Shown here piece by piece: positions 46,783 to 57,350 of a stretch of DNA of 64,000 nt; within the stretch, counting starts at the first letter, position 1, and each line of letters opens with the position of its first letter. The DNA is from a virus. The position numbers and the translations under genes are program-made. The notes under the pieces were generated by a model, which made no database searches, had not been told where the DNA came from, and saw nothing but the letters and a program-made list of their open reading frames with translations. Location of the stretch: the UHGV virus genome UHGV-1366640; one strand, written 5' to 3'.

Positions 46783-48105
46783 ATGGCAAGAACTCTTGCT
46801 GAATCTTATAATGGTGCTTCTGCTAAATTTGGTATAGGCACTTCTGCAAATGCACTTCTTAACAAATGGAACAAGGAAGTTTCGATCATCAATGAAGCTT
46901 TTAATGGAAAAGCAAATCCGGATAAAGTTCTTGGTACTGCTATTCTTCTTGAAAATACTGAAAGACACATTAGAAACTGTGCTACAAGAAATGCAATGTT
47001 CAGTGGTGTCCTCAATGAAGGTACGACTACAGCTGATGTTTCTTACTTCAAACAGTTTGCGTTCAACAACTTGATTGCAGTATATCCGAACCTGATTGCC
47101 CCTGAACTTGTTTCTTCTCAGCCGATGCTGTCAAGAGCTGGTTCTATCAGATACATTCGTGCTATCTATGGTAGCAATAAGGGTGGTATCAAGAAGGGTG
47201 ATACAATGTTTGGTCAGTATTCGCTTGGTGATCATCCTGCAGATGCTACATATTCCAGTGGCAGTGTTGAGGGTGAACTTCTTGGTACTGATGCTGCGAC
47301 TACGAATTTCAATCTCTCCTGGACTCCTGTAATTCCTGGAACTGTTGAAATCTTGTCGGGTGATGGTACTCTCACATATCGTGATGATTCCATTGGTGGT
47401 ATCGTATCTACAGCAGGTGCTGCTTCTGGTAGTATTGATTATGCAACTGGTAAGATCACATTCACTGCTGCTCCTGCTGCTGGATTCACTGCAAACTATG
47501 AATATGACAATGTTGATACTCTCCCGATTCAGGCTCCTGAGATTCAGGTTAAGATAGTTGAGACTCCTGTCTATGCAAAATCCAGAAAACTCAAAACTCT
47601 CTTCAGCTTTGATAGTGATGCTGACCTCTCGAATGATTTTGGTATTTCTCTTTCTGCAGAAATCCTTTCGATGAGTTCTGCACAGCTTAAGAGAGAAATC
47701 GATGATGAGATAATTATAGATCTTAGCACCAAGGGCACAGCTCCCGGGACTTCGTTTGATGCTACAGTTCCTGATGGTGTATCACTTGTTGATCACTATG
47801 CTGGTTTCCCAGCAGCTGTTGCAGTTGCATCGAATAACATCTGGAATGCTACTCAGGTTGGTAATGCATCGTGGATCATCGTTGGTCAGGATGCTGCTAA
47901 CATTGTTGAAGCTATTCCGAGATTCAAATCTTTGGGTGTAGTGAATCCGAAGGGATCTCATCTTGCTGGTTATCTTGGTAATCTTCCTGTGTATAAGTCT
48001 ACTGCTGTTGCAGCTGATGCATGGGTAGTTGGTTATAAAGGTGACAGTTTGTTTGAAGCTGGCTATATTTGGGCTCCCTATCTTCCTATTGAAAAACAAG
48101 TAGCT
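46783..48105 (+). CDS. Major capsid protein, exon 1. Proposed to splice to exon 2 at 49431-49529.
   Basis: ATG 46783 after AAAGGATTGATAATT. A 441-aa capsid-like protein at the capsid position. Its stop codon TAA (48106-48108) is the first triplet of the putative group I intron. Confidence 0.55.
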
Positions 48106-49430
48106 TAATTCACAATGAATTAAGAATCCCTCAGTGAACTCAGGGAAACTCCTAAAGCTCAATCTACCAAAGTCATACAGTGATGTGTGACTGGATGATC
48201 TAATCAATCATGTATGGTAACAAGGGTTGAGATGTTACAATGGACAATCCTGATCCAAGTCACTCTTTTGTCAGAGTGAAAGGAGCAACGACTATTAAGT
48301 AGAGCCAAATGGTACGGCAGTCTTGGAGAGCGTAAGTCCGTTTAATTCGAAGTGCTGATAATCATATGATATAGTCTGGTCTATCCAATACTTAATTGGT
48401 ACTGTTAGAGTTGTCAGTAGTCGAAAGACATAGATTGAATTAGTGAATTCTTATTTCCCAACATCCTCACATTGAAGGAGGTGAATGTAGTGTTAAAATA
48501 TCAGTGTCAACTGTGTGACAGATCTACTTTTAAGAACTGGAGAGATTTTGTTACACATTTACGACGACACAAGATCCGTAAGAAAGAGTATTTTGAGAGA
48601 TTTCCGTATATCTATCCAGAACCAGTTGGTGTTTATGGAGTTGACTATGTGACTTGTCCGATTTGTAATGATAATCGTGAATTTCAAAGTTTGACTCAAC
48701 ATTTGATAAATAAACATAAGATCTTAACTGAAGAGTTCTTAGTCAAGTTTCCAGGAAAGAAACTTTTCACAGAAAAGTATTCTAAGATGCGAGCTGATTT
48801 TTGTAGAAAAGGCTTGACAAAGAATTGGGCGGATCCTGAATATCGTAAAAAGAGATCAGAATACTGTTCAGAATTTTTCAGTAAAATTAATTCTGGCAGT
48901 AAGAGACCTGTTCAATCTGAAACAATGAAGAAGACTTTGAAACGATTGTGGAAAGATGAAGAATATTGTAAGAAGCAATCTGAACGAATGAAAGAAAGAC
49001 ACAAATCTGGGGAGCTTGAAAGACAAGTTCTTAATGGTTTCGGGAAGAAATGGATCAAGCATGAAACTTGGTATGGAAAGATAGCAACTCTTAAAAGTTC
49101 TTACGAAGTCTATGTTGCTAAATTTCTTGATGAAAATAAGATCATGTATGAATACGAAAAGATGTATGAGTATCATGACTCTTATTCAGACAGGGATAGA
49201 AAATATTATGCAGATTTCTATCTTCCAGATTATAATATTGTATTAGAAGTCAAAGCTTCTTGGGCAATAGATCGTTATCAAGTTCTAAGAGATAAGATGC
49301 TTGCAGTTTTAGAAACTGGTACACGATATAAATATGTCACTGAACGAGATTTGGGAAAACTCGTCAGCTTGAAAGAATTCGAAATGCTAATTCAGAGTAA
49401 CAATAACGAATGAGTACACAACTTCTTATG
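48106..49430 (+). mobile_element. Putative group I intron (about 1.3 kb) in the major capsid gene, carrying a homing-endonuclease ORF in a 3' peripheral region.
   Basis: A structured, relatively GC-rich, ORF-free 360 nt runs from 48110 to 48470. It contains an S/P7-like element, GATATAGTC (48368-48376), and an R-like element, CGACTATTAAGT (about 48289-48300), giving a P7 pairing GACTA/TAGTC. The last exon-1 nucleotide is T (48105). The intron ends with G (49430). The downstream 99 nt are open in the frame needed to extend the capsid protein. Confidence 0.5.
48490..49413 (+). CDS. Intron-encoded putative homing endonuclease (C2H2 zinc fingers plus a PD-(D/E)xK-like nuclease domain).
   Basis: GTG 48490, 9 nt after GAAGGAGG. 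Zinc fingers CQLCD...HLRRH and CPICND...HLINKH. A basic repeat region. The C-terminal ADFYLPDYNIVLEVK has a D...(D/E)xK pattern. Confidence 0.45.
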   Translation: MLKYQCQLCDRSTFKNWRDFVTHLRRHKIRKKEYFERFPYIYPEPVGVYGVDYVTCPICNDNREFQSLTQHLINKHKILTEEFLVKFPGKKLFTEKYSKMRADFCRKGLTKNWADPEYRKKRSEYCSEFFSKINSGSKRPVQSETMKKTLKRLWKDEEYCKKQSERMKERHKSGELERQVLNGFGKKWIKHETWYGKIATLKSSYEVYVAKFLDENKIMYEYEKMYEYHDSYSDRDRKYYADFYLPDYNIVLEVKASWAIDRYQVLRDKMLAVLETGTRYKYVTERDLGKLVSLKEFEMLIQSNNNE

Positions 49431-49529
49431 GACGAAACCTTCACAGGTCGTCAAGGTTATTCGACCAGCTATGCAAAGAAGATGACAGCGTCAGACTTCT
49501 ATGCAACCAATACTATTACACATTCCTAA
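49431..49529 (+). CDS. Major capsid protein, putative exon 2 (32 codons, DETFTGRQGYSTSYAKKMTASDFYATNTITHS).
   Basis: An open frame with no start codon or RBS, beginning right after a G. It is in the frame that continues exon 1 if 48106-49430 is removed. Confidence 0.35.
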   Translation, partial: DETFTGRQGYSTSYAKKMTASDFYATNTITHS

Positions 49530-49740
49530 TTTTTGATTAGAGATTCTTTGAGATTCATGGAAGAGAGTTCTTATGTGTGATCATTTACCTCTCCGAAAAA
49601 GGTTTTGCTTTGTTTTCATGTGTAATTCTCTCCTTTGAATATATTTGTTAATACATTGTTTGCTACCTCCAAAATATAATATTACATTCACACAAGAAGC
49701 TTTCCATGGATCTCTTAGTGATCTCTCTGAAAGGATTGAT

Positions 49741-50325
49741 ATGATTTTGTTTAGATTAAGATATCTTGGTAATTCGCATATTTCTACGAAGATTCTTAGA
49801 AAGAATCCTAAAAGATGGTCAGAAGTCAAACTTACAGCTGATCATGATTATATATTTGATCCAGATACTGATGTTTTGTCAGAAGCAACTCTTGCATATT
49901 ATAGATCGTTAAAAAGACTGAGAATTCTTCTTGTAGATGATTCCTGTGCGGATGTCGAAGAGATGACGATCTCTCAGATTCAGGAACCAATCAATGAAGA
50001 AATTCCTGCTCAATCAGTAGATATTAACGAAGAAGAAGCTCCCCTTTATGAGGAAGACACAATTAATGATTTTGTAGAAGAAACTCCTGTAGCTGATGAA
50101 GAATCTGTTAGTGAAGAAATTCCTGAAGAGACTGCTCAAGCCAATGAGATCAGCGATGAAGAACTCTCTGAATTCATTGATGCTTCCTGTGAGGATATCA
50201 ATGCTCTTAAGAAGTTTGCGGAAGATCTCAATGTTGAAATTTCTCCAAGAGTTAAATCTGCAGAAAAGATTATTGCTAAGATCATCTCAGAAAAGAGAGA
50301 TGAAGTTGTTAGTATGATGAAATGA
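49741..50325 (+). CDS. Hypothetical acidic protein. The start is uncertain; the ORF track begins at 49645 without an RBS.
   Basis: ATG 49741 after GAAAGGATTG. The C-terminal half is strongly acidic (E/D-rich). Confidence 0.35.
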   Translation: MILFRLRYLGNSHISTKILRKNPKRWSEVKLTADHDYIFDPDTDVLSEATLAYYRSLKRLRILLVDDSCADVEEMTISQIQEPINEEIPAQSVDINEEEAPLYEEDTINDFVEETPVADEESVSEEIPEETAQANEISDEELSEFIDASCEDINALKKFAEDLNVEISPRVKSAEKIIAKIISEKRDEVVSMMK

Positions 50326-50359
50326 ATTTGAATATTCTAAGAAATGGAGGTGAGATAAT

Positions 50360-51145
50360 TTGACGAATCTTGAGTTAGGTGAATGGATCAAAAGACAGTT
50401 AGGATATCCAACTCGGAATGTTGAGTTGACTCAGGCACAATTGGAAGATTGTGTCAAATTTGCTCTTAAGGAAGTTCAGCCATGGTTCACATCATACTAT
50501 TATCTCACTCTTGATCTTAATGGTCGTACCACTGTTGATCTTTCACAGGAGAATGTTTTTGAGGTTACAGATGTTATCAAAATCCCGAATAATCTATCTA
50601 TGACAGGAAGTACATCTACTGTCGATGATCCATTTTCATACCCATATGGAACAGGAGTTGTTGGTGGATATGGTCTATCAATGTCAACTGTCTATTATAG
50701 TAGATTGACGAATCATGATATACATCATGTAATGAGTGCATATGCTCAACAATATAATCAATCATTTTATACGAAGCTTGCACAAGTTCTTGCTCAACGA
50801 ACTATGGGGAGTCTTGCTCCTTCTTTGAATTTTCAATTCAATCGTGACAGCAAGATGCTATTCATAGATCCAGGATATCCTGCTGCAAATACAGTGACTC
50901 TCGAGTACATTCCATATCTCTCAGATGTATCACAAATTATTGATGAGAGATATCAAAGATGTGCAGAGGATTTGGCTCTTGGACAGGCTCTTATCGTTCT
51001 TTCTCGTGTTGTTGGTAAATATGATGTTTCGAATGCTCCATCAAGGATCAATTTTGAAAATTATCGTACAGATTCAGAGAGTCTGTTACAAAGAGCAAGA
51101 GATGAGTTGAAACGAATAAGCCGTACGACCTATATAACTGATTAA
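50360..51145 (+). CDS. Hypothetical virion protein with a TTG start.
   Basis: TTG 50360 after GGAGGTGA. Confidence 0.35.
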   Translation: MTNLELGEWIKRQLGYPTRNVELTQAQLEDCVKFALKEVQPWFTSYYYLTLDLNGRTTVDLSQENVFEVTDVIKIPNNLSMTGSTSTVDDPFSYPYGTGVVGGYGLSMSTVYYSRLTNHDIHHVMSAYAQQYNQSFYTKLAQVLAQRTMGSLAPSLNFQFNRDSKMLFIDPGYPAANTVTLEYIPYLSDVSQIIDERYQRCAEDLALGQALIVLSRVVGKYDVSNAPSRINFENYRTDSESLLQRARDELKRISRTTYITD

Positions 51146-51208
51146 GTGATCTATCCTAATAAGGATAGATCTTTAATAAAATATTTTCTAAATTAGGAGG
51201 AAATCTAT

Positions 51209-52870
51209 ATGTCGTTTTATAATGACCCTATGAAGAGAACATTGAATCGTATCAATGAGTCGATCATGGAAATGCCGACGGAAATCGAACCAACGATTGG
51301 TGTCGATACTCCTGCAGAAATCAAACAGTGCCCTTCTTGCAAATGCACATATAAAGGTGCGCCCGTTGCATGCCCTGTTTGTGGTATGGAGTTCTCCCTC
51401 AAGGAGTCTCGTCGTCTTAAGAAAAGATCTCGTAGATTTGAAGCAGATGGAGATATGAAAGATCCCTATAATCAGGAAACTGCTATCATGGATGATGATG
51501 TAACAATTGATCCTGATGCAACTGATATCATTCTTAATGAAGAAGATGAAGATCTTCCAGCTGATATTGAAGTCAAGGTTGAAGAAGCACTTGATTGTCT
51601 CTCTGATGGAGAAACAAAGAAGTTCAATGAGTCTTTTGGTAAATTTTCTAAGCTTACTCGCAATGGCAGACTCAACCTCGTTCTTGAATCCAAGAGAACT
51701 GGAAGAATGTATTCTGTTGTAAGAAGAATCAATTCCGTACAGAAGGCAAACTTCAAACTCAGTGAATCTGCAAGAATGTCCACTCCTACTGCTCGCAGAA
51801 AGGCTCTTTCGAAGAGACTTGAAGCTGTAAGAACTGCTCGTATGAAGGCAATCACTCTTAACGAAATGAGAGCCATCAAAGTTGCAGCTCTTCGTCTCAT
51901 GGAGAGACAGGGAGTTCATTTCAACTTTAAGAAGATGAACGAAGCAATTGATCAGGAGATTGCAAATAGAGCAGACGATGTTAAACTCAAAATCGAGGAA
52001 GCTGAAGCAGATCAGGAGATCGGTGCAGCTACTATTGCAGATGCTACTCCTGAGGAAATTGGTGCAGTTGTAACAACTGCTCTTAATGATGTCGGTCTTC
52101 AGACTGTAACAAATACAGTTGAATCTGGTGAAACCGAAGATTCAGCGACTGTTCAGGTTCGTGTTCAGGATGATCCCGCTATTGAAGTTCCTCTCGAGAA
52201 TGTTGCAGATACAGTGGCTGACATAGTTGATGCTCCTGTAGCTATTGTTGGTCCAAGCAAACCTGAAGGTGATTCCACTCTTGCAGATCTCACAGTCCTC
52301 ATTAATCCTGAAGATGTTGAAGATGCAAAAGAAACGGCTGTTGCTCTCAGTGAATCTCTCAGAAAGAAAGTTCGTAAATCTCGTCGTAGATTTGAGTGTG
52401 ATACAACTTCTCTTGATACAGACAAGAAAATCCTTGATGAGGATGAAGTTGAAGATGAAGAGAAGGAAGAAATCAAACTTGATATTCCGAAACTCTCTGA
52501 GCGTCGTCGCACCAATGAGAGAAGAAAACTTCGCAAGGAATCTGTTGATATAGACATCAAAGACAGAGAACTTGATGAAGATGATGAGACCATCGAAGTT
52601 GAAGATAAGGAAATCGTTGATGAATCTGTGAAGGTTGGTAAGGGTGACTATTATGCACTTGTTATCATCTCTTCGAAAGAAACAACTGATCCTAAATTCA
52701 TCGGAAATGATGGTAATCTTGTAAGTGGCTCTGAGGAGAAATCTGAAGAAAGAATTCATCTCTTCCCGACAGCTGACTCTGCAAGAGGATATGCAGACAT
52801 TAATGGTATCACAGATGTTGATGCTGTAAGTGTTGTTATCGAAGGTGAAGGCTCTGTTGAACTGGATTAA
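51209..52870 (+). CDS. Acidic zinc-ribbon protein with internal repeats, putatively an internal virion or scaffold-like protein.
   Basis: Zinc ribbon CPSCKC...CPVCG. Two copies of a basic patch (RRLKKRSRRFEADGD and KKVRKSRRRFECD). Long acidic stretches. Confidence 0.35.
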   Translation: MSFYNDPMKRTLNRINESIMEMPTEIEPTIGVDTPAEIKQCPSCKCTYKGAPVACPVCGMEFSLKESRRLKKRSRRFEADGDMKDPYNQETAIMDDDVTIDPDATDIILNEEDEDLPADIEVKVEEALDCLSDGETKKFNESFGKFSKLTRNGRLNLVLESKRTGRMYSVVRRINSVQKANFKLSESARMSTPTARRKALSKRLEAVRTARMKAITLNEMRAIKVAALRLMERQGVHFNFKKMNEAIDQEIANRADDVKLKIEEAEADQEIGAATIADATPEEIGAVVTTALNDVGLQTVTNTVESGETEDSATVQVRVQDDPAIEVPLENVADTVADIVDAPVAIVGPSKPEGDSTLADLTVLINPEDVEDAKETAVALSESLRKKVRKSRRRFECDTTSLDTDKKILDEDEVEDEEKEEIKLDIPKLSERRRTNERRKLRKESVDIDIKDRELDEDDETIEVEDKEIVDESVKVGKGDYYALVIISSKETTDPKFIGNDGNLVSGSEEKSEERIHLFPTADSARGYADINGITDVDAVSVVIEGEGSVELD

Positions 52871-52923
52871 AAATGATGCTTAAATTTTATCATATCATGA
52901 ATCTAAAGAGAGGAGAGATGTAA

Positions 52924-53934
52924 ATGTTATACAAAGATCCGCTGAGTAGATTGGTAAGATCTCTCAATGAGTCTGCTGGTTATAATCCCGGAAATTTGCT
53001 TATTGGTCAAACAGTGAATGTTAAAATCACTGATCTTGCTGGCAAAGAATTCTATCGTGATTTCACAGTTGAACTCATTTACGGAGATGGATCAGTCATA
53101 CTCAGAGATGTTAAGAGTGATGCAATTCATCAATTGACTTATGAAAACACTGGCAATTATCTTCATTATTTTGCAGAAGAAGCTGGTGTGAAATATGAGT
53201 TGTTGATTGATCGTGATCTTGAGTCTAACTCTTCAGTAAAGCTTCCTCTTAAAGAATCTGTTAGACGAAGACAGTCTCTTAGAGAATCTTCTGATGCTTC
53301 TTTTGTCATTGATGATCCTGACAAGTTTGTTATGTGGTTGCGTGATGTGTCAAAGAATAAAAGGTTGACAGAAGATGCAGATGATCTTCTTGCATATCTC
53401 AGAAAGCAAAAGTACATGCCTGAAGAGGAAGAGGAAGGAATCACAGAGATTCCAAGATCCATGAGTACCTCTACGATGTCAGAGCTCGGAAAGAAATTTT
53501 TTACAAAGAGCCCATTCGCCACAGGAATTCTTCTTGGTGAGTTAATTGACAGAGTTCTTCTTAAGGGTAAGGGAAAAGATATTGGTATTTCCCGTTCTCG
53601 CAGATCTGAGAGTAGAAGGTCTTACCGTAGAATGAATGAAGCTGCTAATTTAAGAACTCCTACAAGTGACGAAAAGAGAATTTATGACTTGAATGGAACT
53701 GATAAGGTTGCTGTTGGTTCAAGCAGATGGCTTGTTGTCATTAGTCATGTGTTCATGGATGGTCCTGGAATAGAAGTTTATGATGGAGATGGAAAAGCAG
53801 TTGCTGCCTTTTCATATTTTGATTCTTTCAAAGATGCTGAGAAATTTGCTCAATCAAAACTTCTCCCAGCGATTGATAGCAGTAAGCCAGAGTCAAAGAT
53901 AAAATCTCTTGTTTCTGGAGAACATGGACTGTAA
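52924..53934 (+). CDS. Hypothetical virion protein.
   Basis: ORF after AGAGGAGAGATG. Confidence 0.35.
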   Translation: MLYKDPLSRLVRSLNESAGYNPGNLLIGQTVNVKITDLAGKEFYRDFTVELIYGDGSVILRDVKSDAIHQLTYENTGNYLHYFAEEAGVKYELLIDRDLESNSSVKLPLKESVRRRQSLRESSDASFVIDDPDKFVMWLRDVSKNKRLTEDADDLLAYLRKQKYMPEEEEEGITEIPRSMSTSTMSELGKKFFTKSPFATGILLGELIDRVLLKGKGKDIGISRSRRSESRRSYRRMNEAANLRTPTSDEKRIYDLNGTDKVAVGSSRWLVVISHVFMDGPGIEVYDGDGKAVAAFSYFDSFKDAEKFAQSKLLPAIDSSKPESKIKSLVSGEHGL

Positions 53935-53957
53935 TAATTAAGATTGGAGAACTTGCA

Positions 53958-54539
53958 ATGATTATTCTTAATGAAGTTAGGAGTTCAACGATAGTCAAAA
54001 GATCAAAAGAAAAAACTCCATTGAGCAGATACTCTCGTCGTTTGACTGTCGGAGATGTATCAATTGATCGTATTGGTGTTGCTGAAATTCTTAACTTCGG
54101 TCAAAAAGATTTGACCCTCTATTTTGAAGTTCATGGTCATCAAGTCTCTCTTCGACTTCTTAACTTTCTTTCAAGGCTTCGTTCTCTGTATAAGAGCCAG
54201 TACTCAAAAATTGCTTCTGAAGGTGGTGCTGGAAGATCATCAACTTTTAGAAAGTTGGCTGGTCTTGTACTTGACTCACTTTTGAAGAATGGTGATATTG
54301 AGGTTGATTGTGATTGTGGTGATTGGGAGTACCGATTTGCCTATGTAGCAACTATGAGGGGATATAAAATGGGTACTCCACAAGACATTCCTGCAGAAAT
54401 CCGTAATCCAAGAAATCAAGGTGGTGCTTGTAAACATATTTTAAGAGTACTGACATCTCCGTCTTCTTGGAAAGAGAAAGCTCTCACTGGGATAGTTTCA
54501 ATCATTAGATCTAATCCTCATAAAATCCTTGATCAGTAA
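53958..54539 (+). CDS. Hypothetical virion protein.
   Basis: ORF. Confidence 0.35.
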   Translation: MIILNEVRSSTIVKRSKEKTPLSRYSRRLTVGDVSIDRIGVAEILNFGQKDLTLYFEVHGHQVSLRLLNFLSRLRSLYKSQYSKIASEGGAGRSSTFRKLAGLVLDSLLKNGDIEVDCDCGDWEYRFAYVATMRGYKMGTPQDIPAEIRNPRNQGGACKHILRVLTSPSSWKEKALTGIVSIIRSNPHKILDQ

Positions 54540-54554
54540 GGAGGAATTTTGTTT

Positions 54555-55151
54555 ATGAGTAGTGTTAGAAAATCCATTCTTCCTCAATTGAATGATATGG
54601 TTACTCAGTCAATTCTTTTAGAGGAAAGTTATGTGATGAGTGGTACTCCTGCAAGATTGGAGTTAGCAACTTTTGATATCCCTGACATTGGATATCAACA
54701 TGAGGTCTCTTATGATCCTCAACCACTTGATACATATCTTCTCATACAAGATCCTCCACAACCGAAACTTCTGAAACAACTTGGTTGGAATATTGAATCA
54801 GACGAGGGTACAACAAAACCGATGTTAGCAACAATTCCCAGATATTTTTCTGTTAAATATGACGATGGTATCAAGCCAACAGAATATTACGAATTGTTCA
54901 TCAATCGGTACACAAAAGTGACTCTTGACTATGATTATGAAAAGCCAGATAAAGTTTTTATTGTTACAGATGTTTCTTCAAACATGTTCAATCCTGTTTT
55001 CTACTTTCTCAAGCTTGCTCCATATCGTCAACAGGTTACAGTTGATCCTTCACCTGACAATGATCCAAATCTTGCTCAGCTGAATAAGAAGGGTCAATTC
55101 AAATATCTGACAATGACTCCAAGAGAGCCAACAACAGAGGTTGAATATTAG
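54555..55151 (+). CDS. Hypothetical virion protein.
   Basis: ATG 54555 after AAGGAGGAA. Confidence 0.35.
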   Translation: MSSVRKSILPQLNDMVTQSILLEESYVMSGTPARLELATFDIPDIGYQHEVSYDPQPLDTYLLIQDPPQPKLLKQLGWNIESDEGTTKPMLATIPRYFSVKYDDGIKPTEYYELFINRYTKVTLDYDYEKPDKVFIVTDVSSNMFNPVFYFLKLAPYRQQVTVDPSPDNDPNLAQLNKKGQFKYLTMTPREPTTEVEY

Positions 55152-55199
55152 AGATCAAGTAAGAAATCAAATAAACAAATAGAAAGGATGATTTGATTT

Positions 55200-56129
55200 A
55201 TGTATGGACAGTGGATAAGACCTGATAGATTTATCAACTTCCAGGAACTCAAACCCATATATCTTTCTCCTCTTAAAGCATGGGCGTACACTCTGCAGGA
55301 TGTTTTTAATGGTAAGGTTGAAAGATTCTGGGATTCTGATATTCATGGTTATATCATAGAAGCTCCAACTGCTAAGGAGATCCAGGATTACTTTACTGCA
55401 ACTGCTTGCCATAAAGCACAGTTCAAATATACTTTGGCTGCTACTGGGACACTTGCTGCAAATATAGTTGCTGGCTCTGTTCTTATGAGGACAGGAAACA
55501 GCAAATATGCATTCATTGCAGATGATGGTCATGGATCTCTCAGAGAGATTGATGGATCGGTTGTTGGTACAATCAACTATACGACTGGTGCATATACTCT
55601 GACAATTCCTGCTACTGAAATTGCTAAATTTGATGCTCCTGTAGTTGGATATTCGGTTGTTGGTACAAATGCAACATTTGAAGCTTATGCAGGAAGTGCT
55701 ACAACAACTGCTACAATTAAAGTAATTAAGACTGCACAGATCCCCTATGCTCAGGTTGGCTTCACAGGATATGTTGTTACAGCAGAAGAGTCAAACAGAT
55801 TCTTTGTTGGCTTTGAAGTGTCTGGTACAGATGCTCAGCAGAAGATTATCGACGAAATTGTTAAGAACATTGCTCCCGTTTCTGCACTTACGGTTGATCC
55901 TACAACACTGACTTTTGCGCATACGAAAGGTACAACAGGAACAGCAACGATTTCTGGTGGTGTTGCTCCATACACAGCAACAAGTTCCGACTCTGATAAA
56001 TTGACAGCATCTGTTACAGGAACAACTCTTACGCTGACAACGACAGGAACGGCAACAGCTGGTGCTTACACAGTTGATATTAAGGACACAAAGAATAAGA
56101 AAGTGACACTTAATGTAACTCTTTCGTAA
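55200..56129 (+). CDS. Structural protein with a C-terminal Ig-like (Big_2-type) domain.
   Basis: C-terminal LTVDPTTLTFAHTKGTTGTATISGGVAPYTATSSDSDKLTASVTGTTLTL resembles Big_2. Confidence 0.4.
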   Translation: MYGQWIRPDRFINFQELKPIYLSPLKAWAYTLQDVFNGKVERFWDSDIHGYIIEAPTAKEIQDYFTATACHKAQFKYTLAATGTLAANIVAGSVLMRTGNSKYAFIADDGHGSLREIDGSVVGTINYTTGAYTLTIPATEIAKFDAPVVGYSVVGTNATFEAYAGSATTTATIKVIKTAQIPYAQVGFTGYVVTAEESNRFFVGFEVSGTDAQQKIIDEIVKNIAPVSALTVDPTTLTFAHTKGTTGTATISGGVAPYTATSSDSDKLTASVTGTTLTLTTTGTATAGAYTVDIKDTKNKKVTLNVTLS

Positions 56130-56151
56130 GAATCTTTCAAGTGAGGGATAA

Positions 56152-56751
56152 TTGATGATTAATCATATAGAAATCAGAGTTAATGCTTTAAACAATAACA
56201 AAACAGGAGATCAGTATTCATACTCTCCAAGAGGTTTCATTGAAGATGTCATCAATTATCCTTGGCTTGCAAAACTGACTGATGATGAGAAGGAGAAACT
56301 TCTTAGTGGTTTTGCACGATATATTGCGTTTATTATGAGACGAATGCTTAAAGATTCAATACGAGATCAACGATATAAAGGGTATTGGACTCCACTTGAT
56401 TCAAAGTATCTTCAATTTAAGAAGGATCATGGTCTCTCTCCGAATATTTGGGAGTCAACTGGATTTCTTCTTAATAACATCTCAGCGTATCGTCAAGGAA
56501 GTGATTATATTGTTGGATTTCGTCCGTTTGTTTGCTATCCTGGAACAAATGTGAAAGTTCTTTATGTTGCTCAATGCCTTGAGTTCGGTACAAAGCATAT
56601 GCCAGCTCGTCCATTATTTGGACCTGTTACTCGTCATATTCGTAGATATATCCGTCGATATTGGTTGCTATATCTTATGCATCCAAAGAAGTATATAGGA
56701 GATCGTTTAACAAATAAGATCTGGAGAGAGCGAGGTTATAGTTTCTTATGA
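56152..56751 (+). CDS. Hypothetical virion / connector-region protein.
   Basis: ORF. Confidence 0.35.
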   Translation: MMINHIEIRVNALNNNKTGDQYSYSPRGFIEDVINYPWLAKLTDDEKEKLLSGFARYIAFIMRRMLKDSIRDQRYKGYWTPLDSKYLQFKKDHGLSPNIWESTGFLLNNISAYRQGSDYIVGFRPFVCYPGTNVKVLYVAQCLEFGTKHMPARPLFGPVTRHIRRYIRRYWLLYLMHPKKYIGDRLTNKIWRERGYSFL

Positions 56752-57350
56752 TGTATCTTTATGATAAGGCAATTGAGAATAAACTCAAAAAGTTGTTTCC
56801 CAGAGTAGTTTATGCTCCAGTAGATACTTTCTATGAAAGATATCTTGAATCAAATGGAAATCAACAAGTAGAGCTTCCTGCTCTATCATTCTTTCGTCTT
56901 CCGAATCTTGACTTTGATATTGGAAGTGCAAGATCACACATGAATACTCCATCACTTCGTAAGAGACGACTTACTGAAGGGGAGATTCGTCAAATCTATT
57001 CAATGAAGATGCCATTGGATTATCAGTTAGATATCTGGGCATCCTCGGATATAGATCGTGATGATCTTTTCACAGAGTTAATGTATGCCTTGACTCTCTA
57101 CCCTAACATTTCAATTACATACGAAGAACATCAAATTGCGTTTGCAATCGAGTTAGCAGCTTCTAACGATCTTACAGAGATTTCTCAGTTTGATTCAACT
57201 GGTGATCTTTATAGAGTGTCGATTCCGTTTAGAATTCCTGAAGCTCGCTTGTTCTTCTATAAGGATGTTAAAGAGTGTAGATTCATTTCTGCAGATCTTT
57301 TTGTTGACAATACCCTTGATTCACAAATCCAAATAAACGGTGGTGATTAA
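56748..57350 (+). CDS. Hypothetical virion protein.
   Basis: ORF coupled to its neighbours. Confidence 0.35.
   Translation: MMYLYDKAIENKLKKLFPRVVYAPVDTFYERYLESNGNQQVELPALSFFRLPNLDFDIGSARSHMNTPSLRKRRLTEGEIRQIYSMKMPLDYQLDIWASSDIDRDDLFTELMYALTLYPNISITYEEHQIAFAIELAASNDLTEISQFDSTGDLYRVSIPFRIPEARLFFYKDVKECRFISADLFVDNTLDSQIQINGGD

Noticed and set aside
48106-48124. Hairpin CTTAATTCA-CAA-TGAATTAAG at the capsid stop, considered as the intron P1 helix.
   Set aside because: All nine pairs are Watson-Crick, with no G.U pair at the proposed splice-site U. The P1/IGS of the putative intron therefore remains unidentified. The hairpin may instead be a terminator-like structure, so the intron call is held at moderate confidence.
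51188-52870. Minus-strand ORFs of 243, 205, 142 and 142 aa (51188-51919, 52142-52759, 51472-51900, 52165-52593).
   Set aside because: They are antisense to a long, low-complexity acidic + strand gene (51209-52870). Their products are low-complexity Ser/Ile/Phe-rich, they have no RBS, and every other gene is on the + strand.
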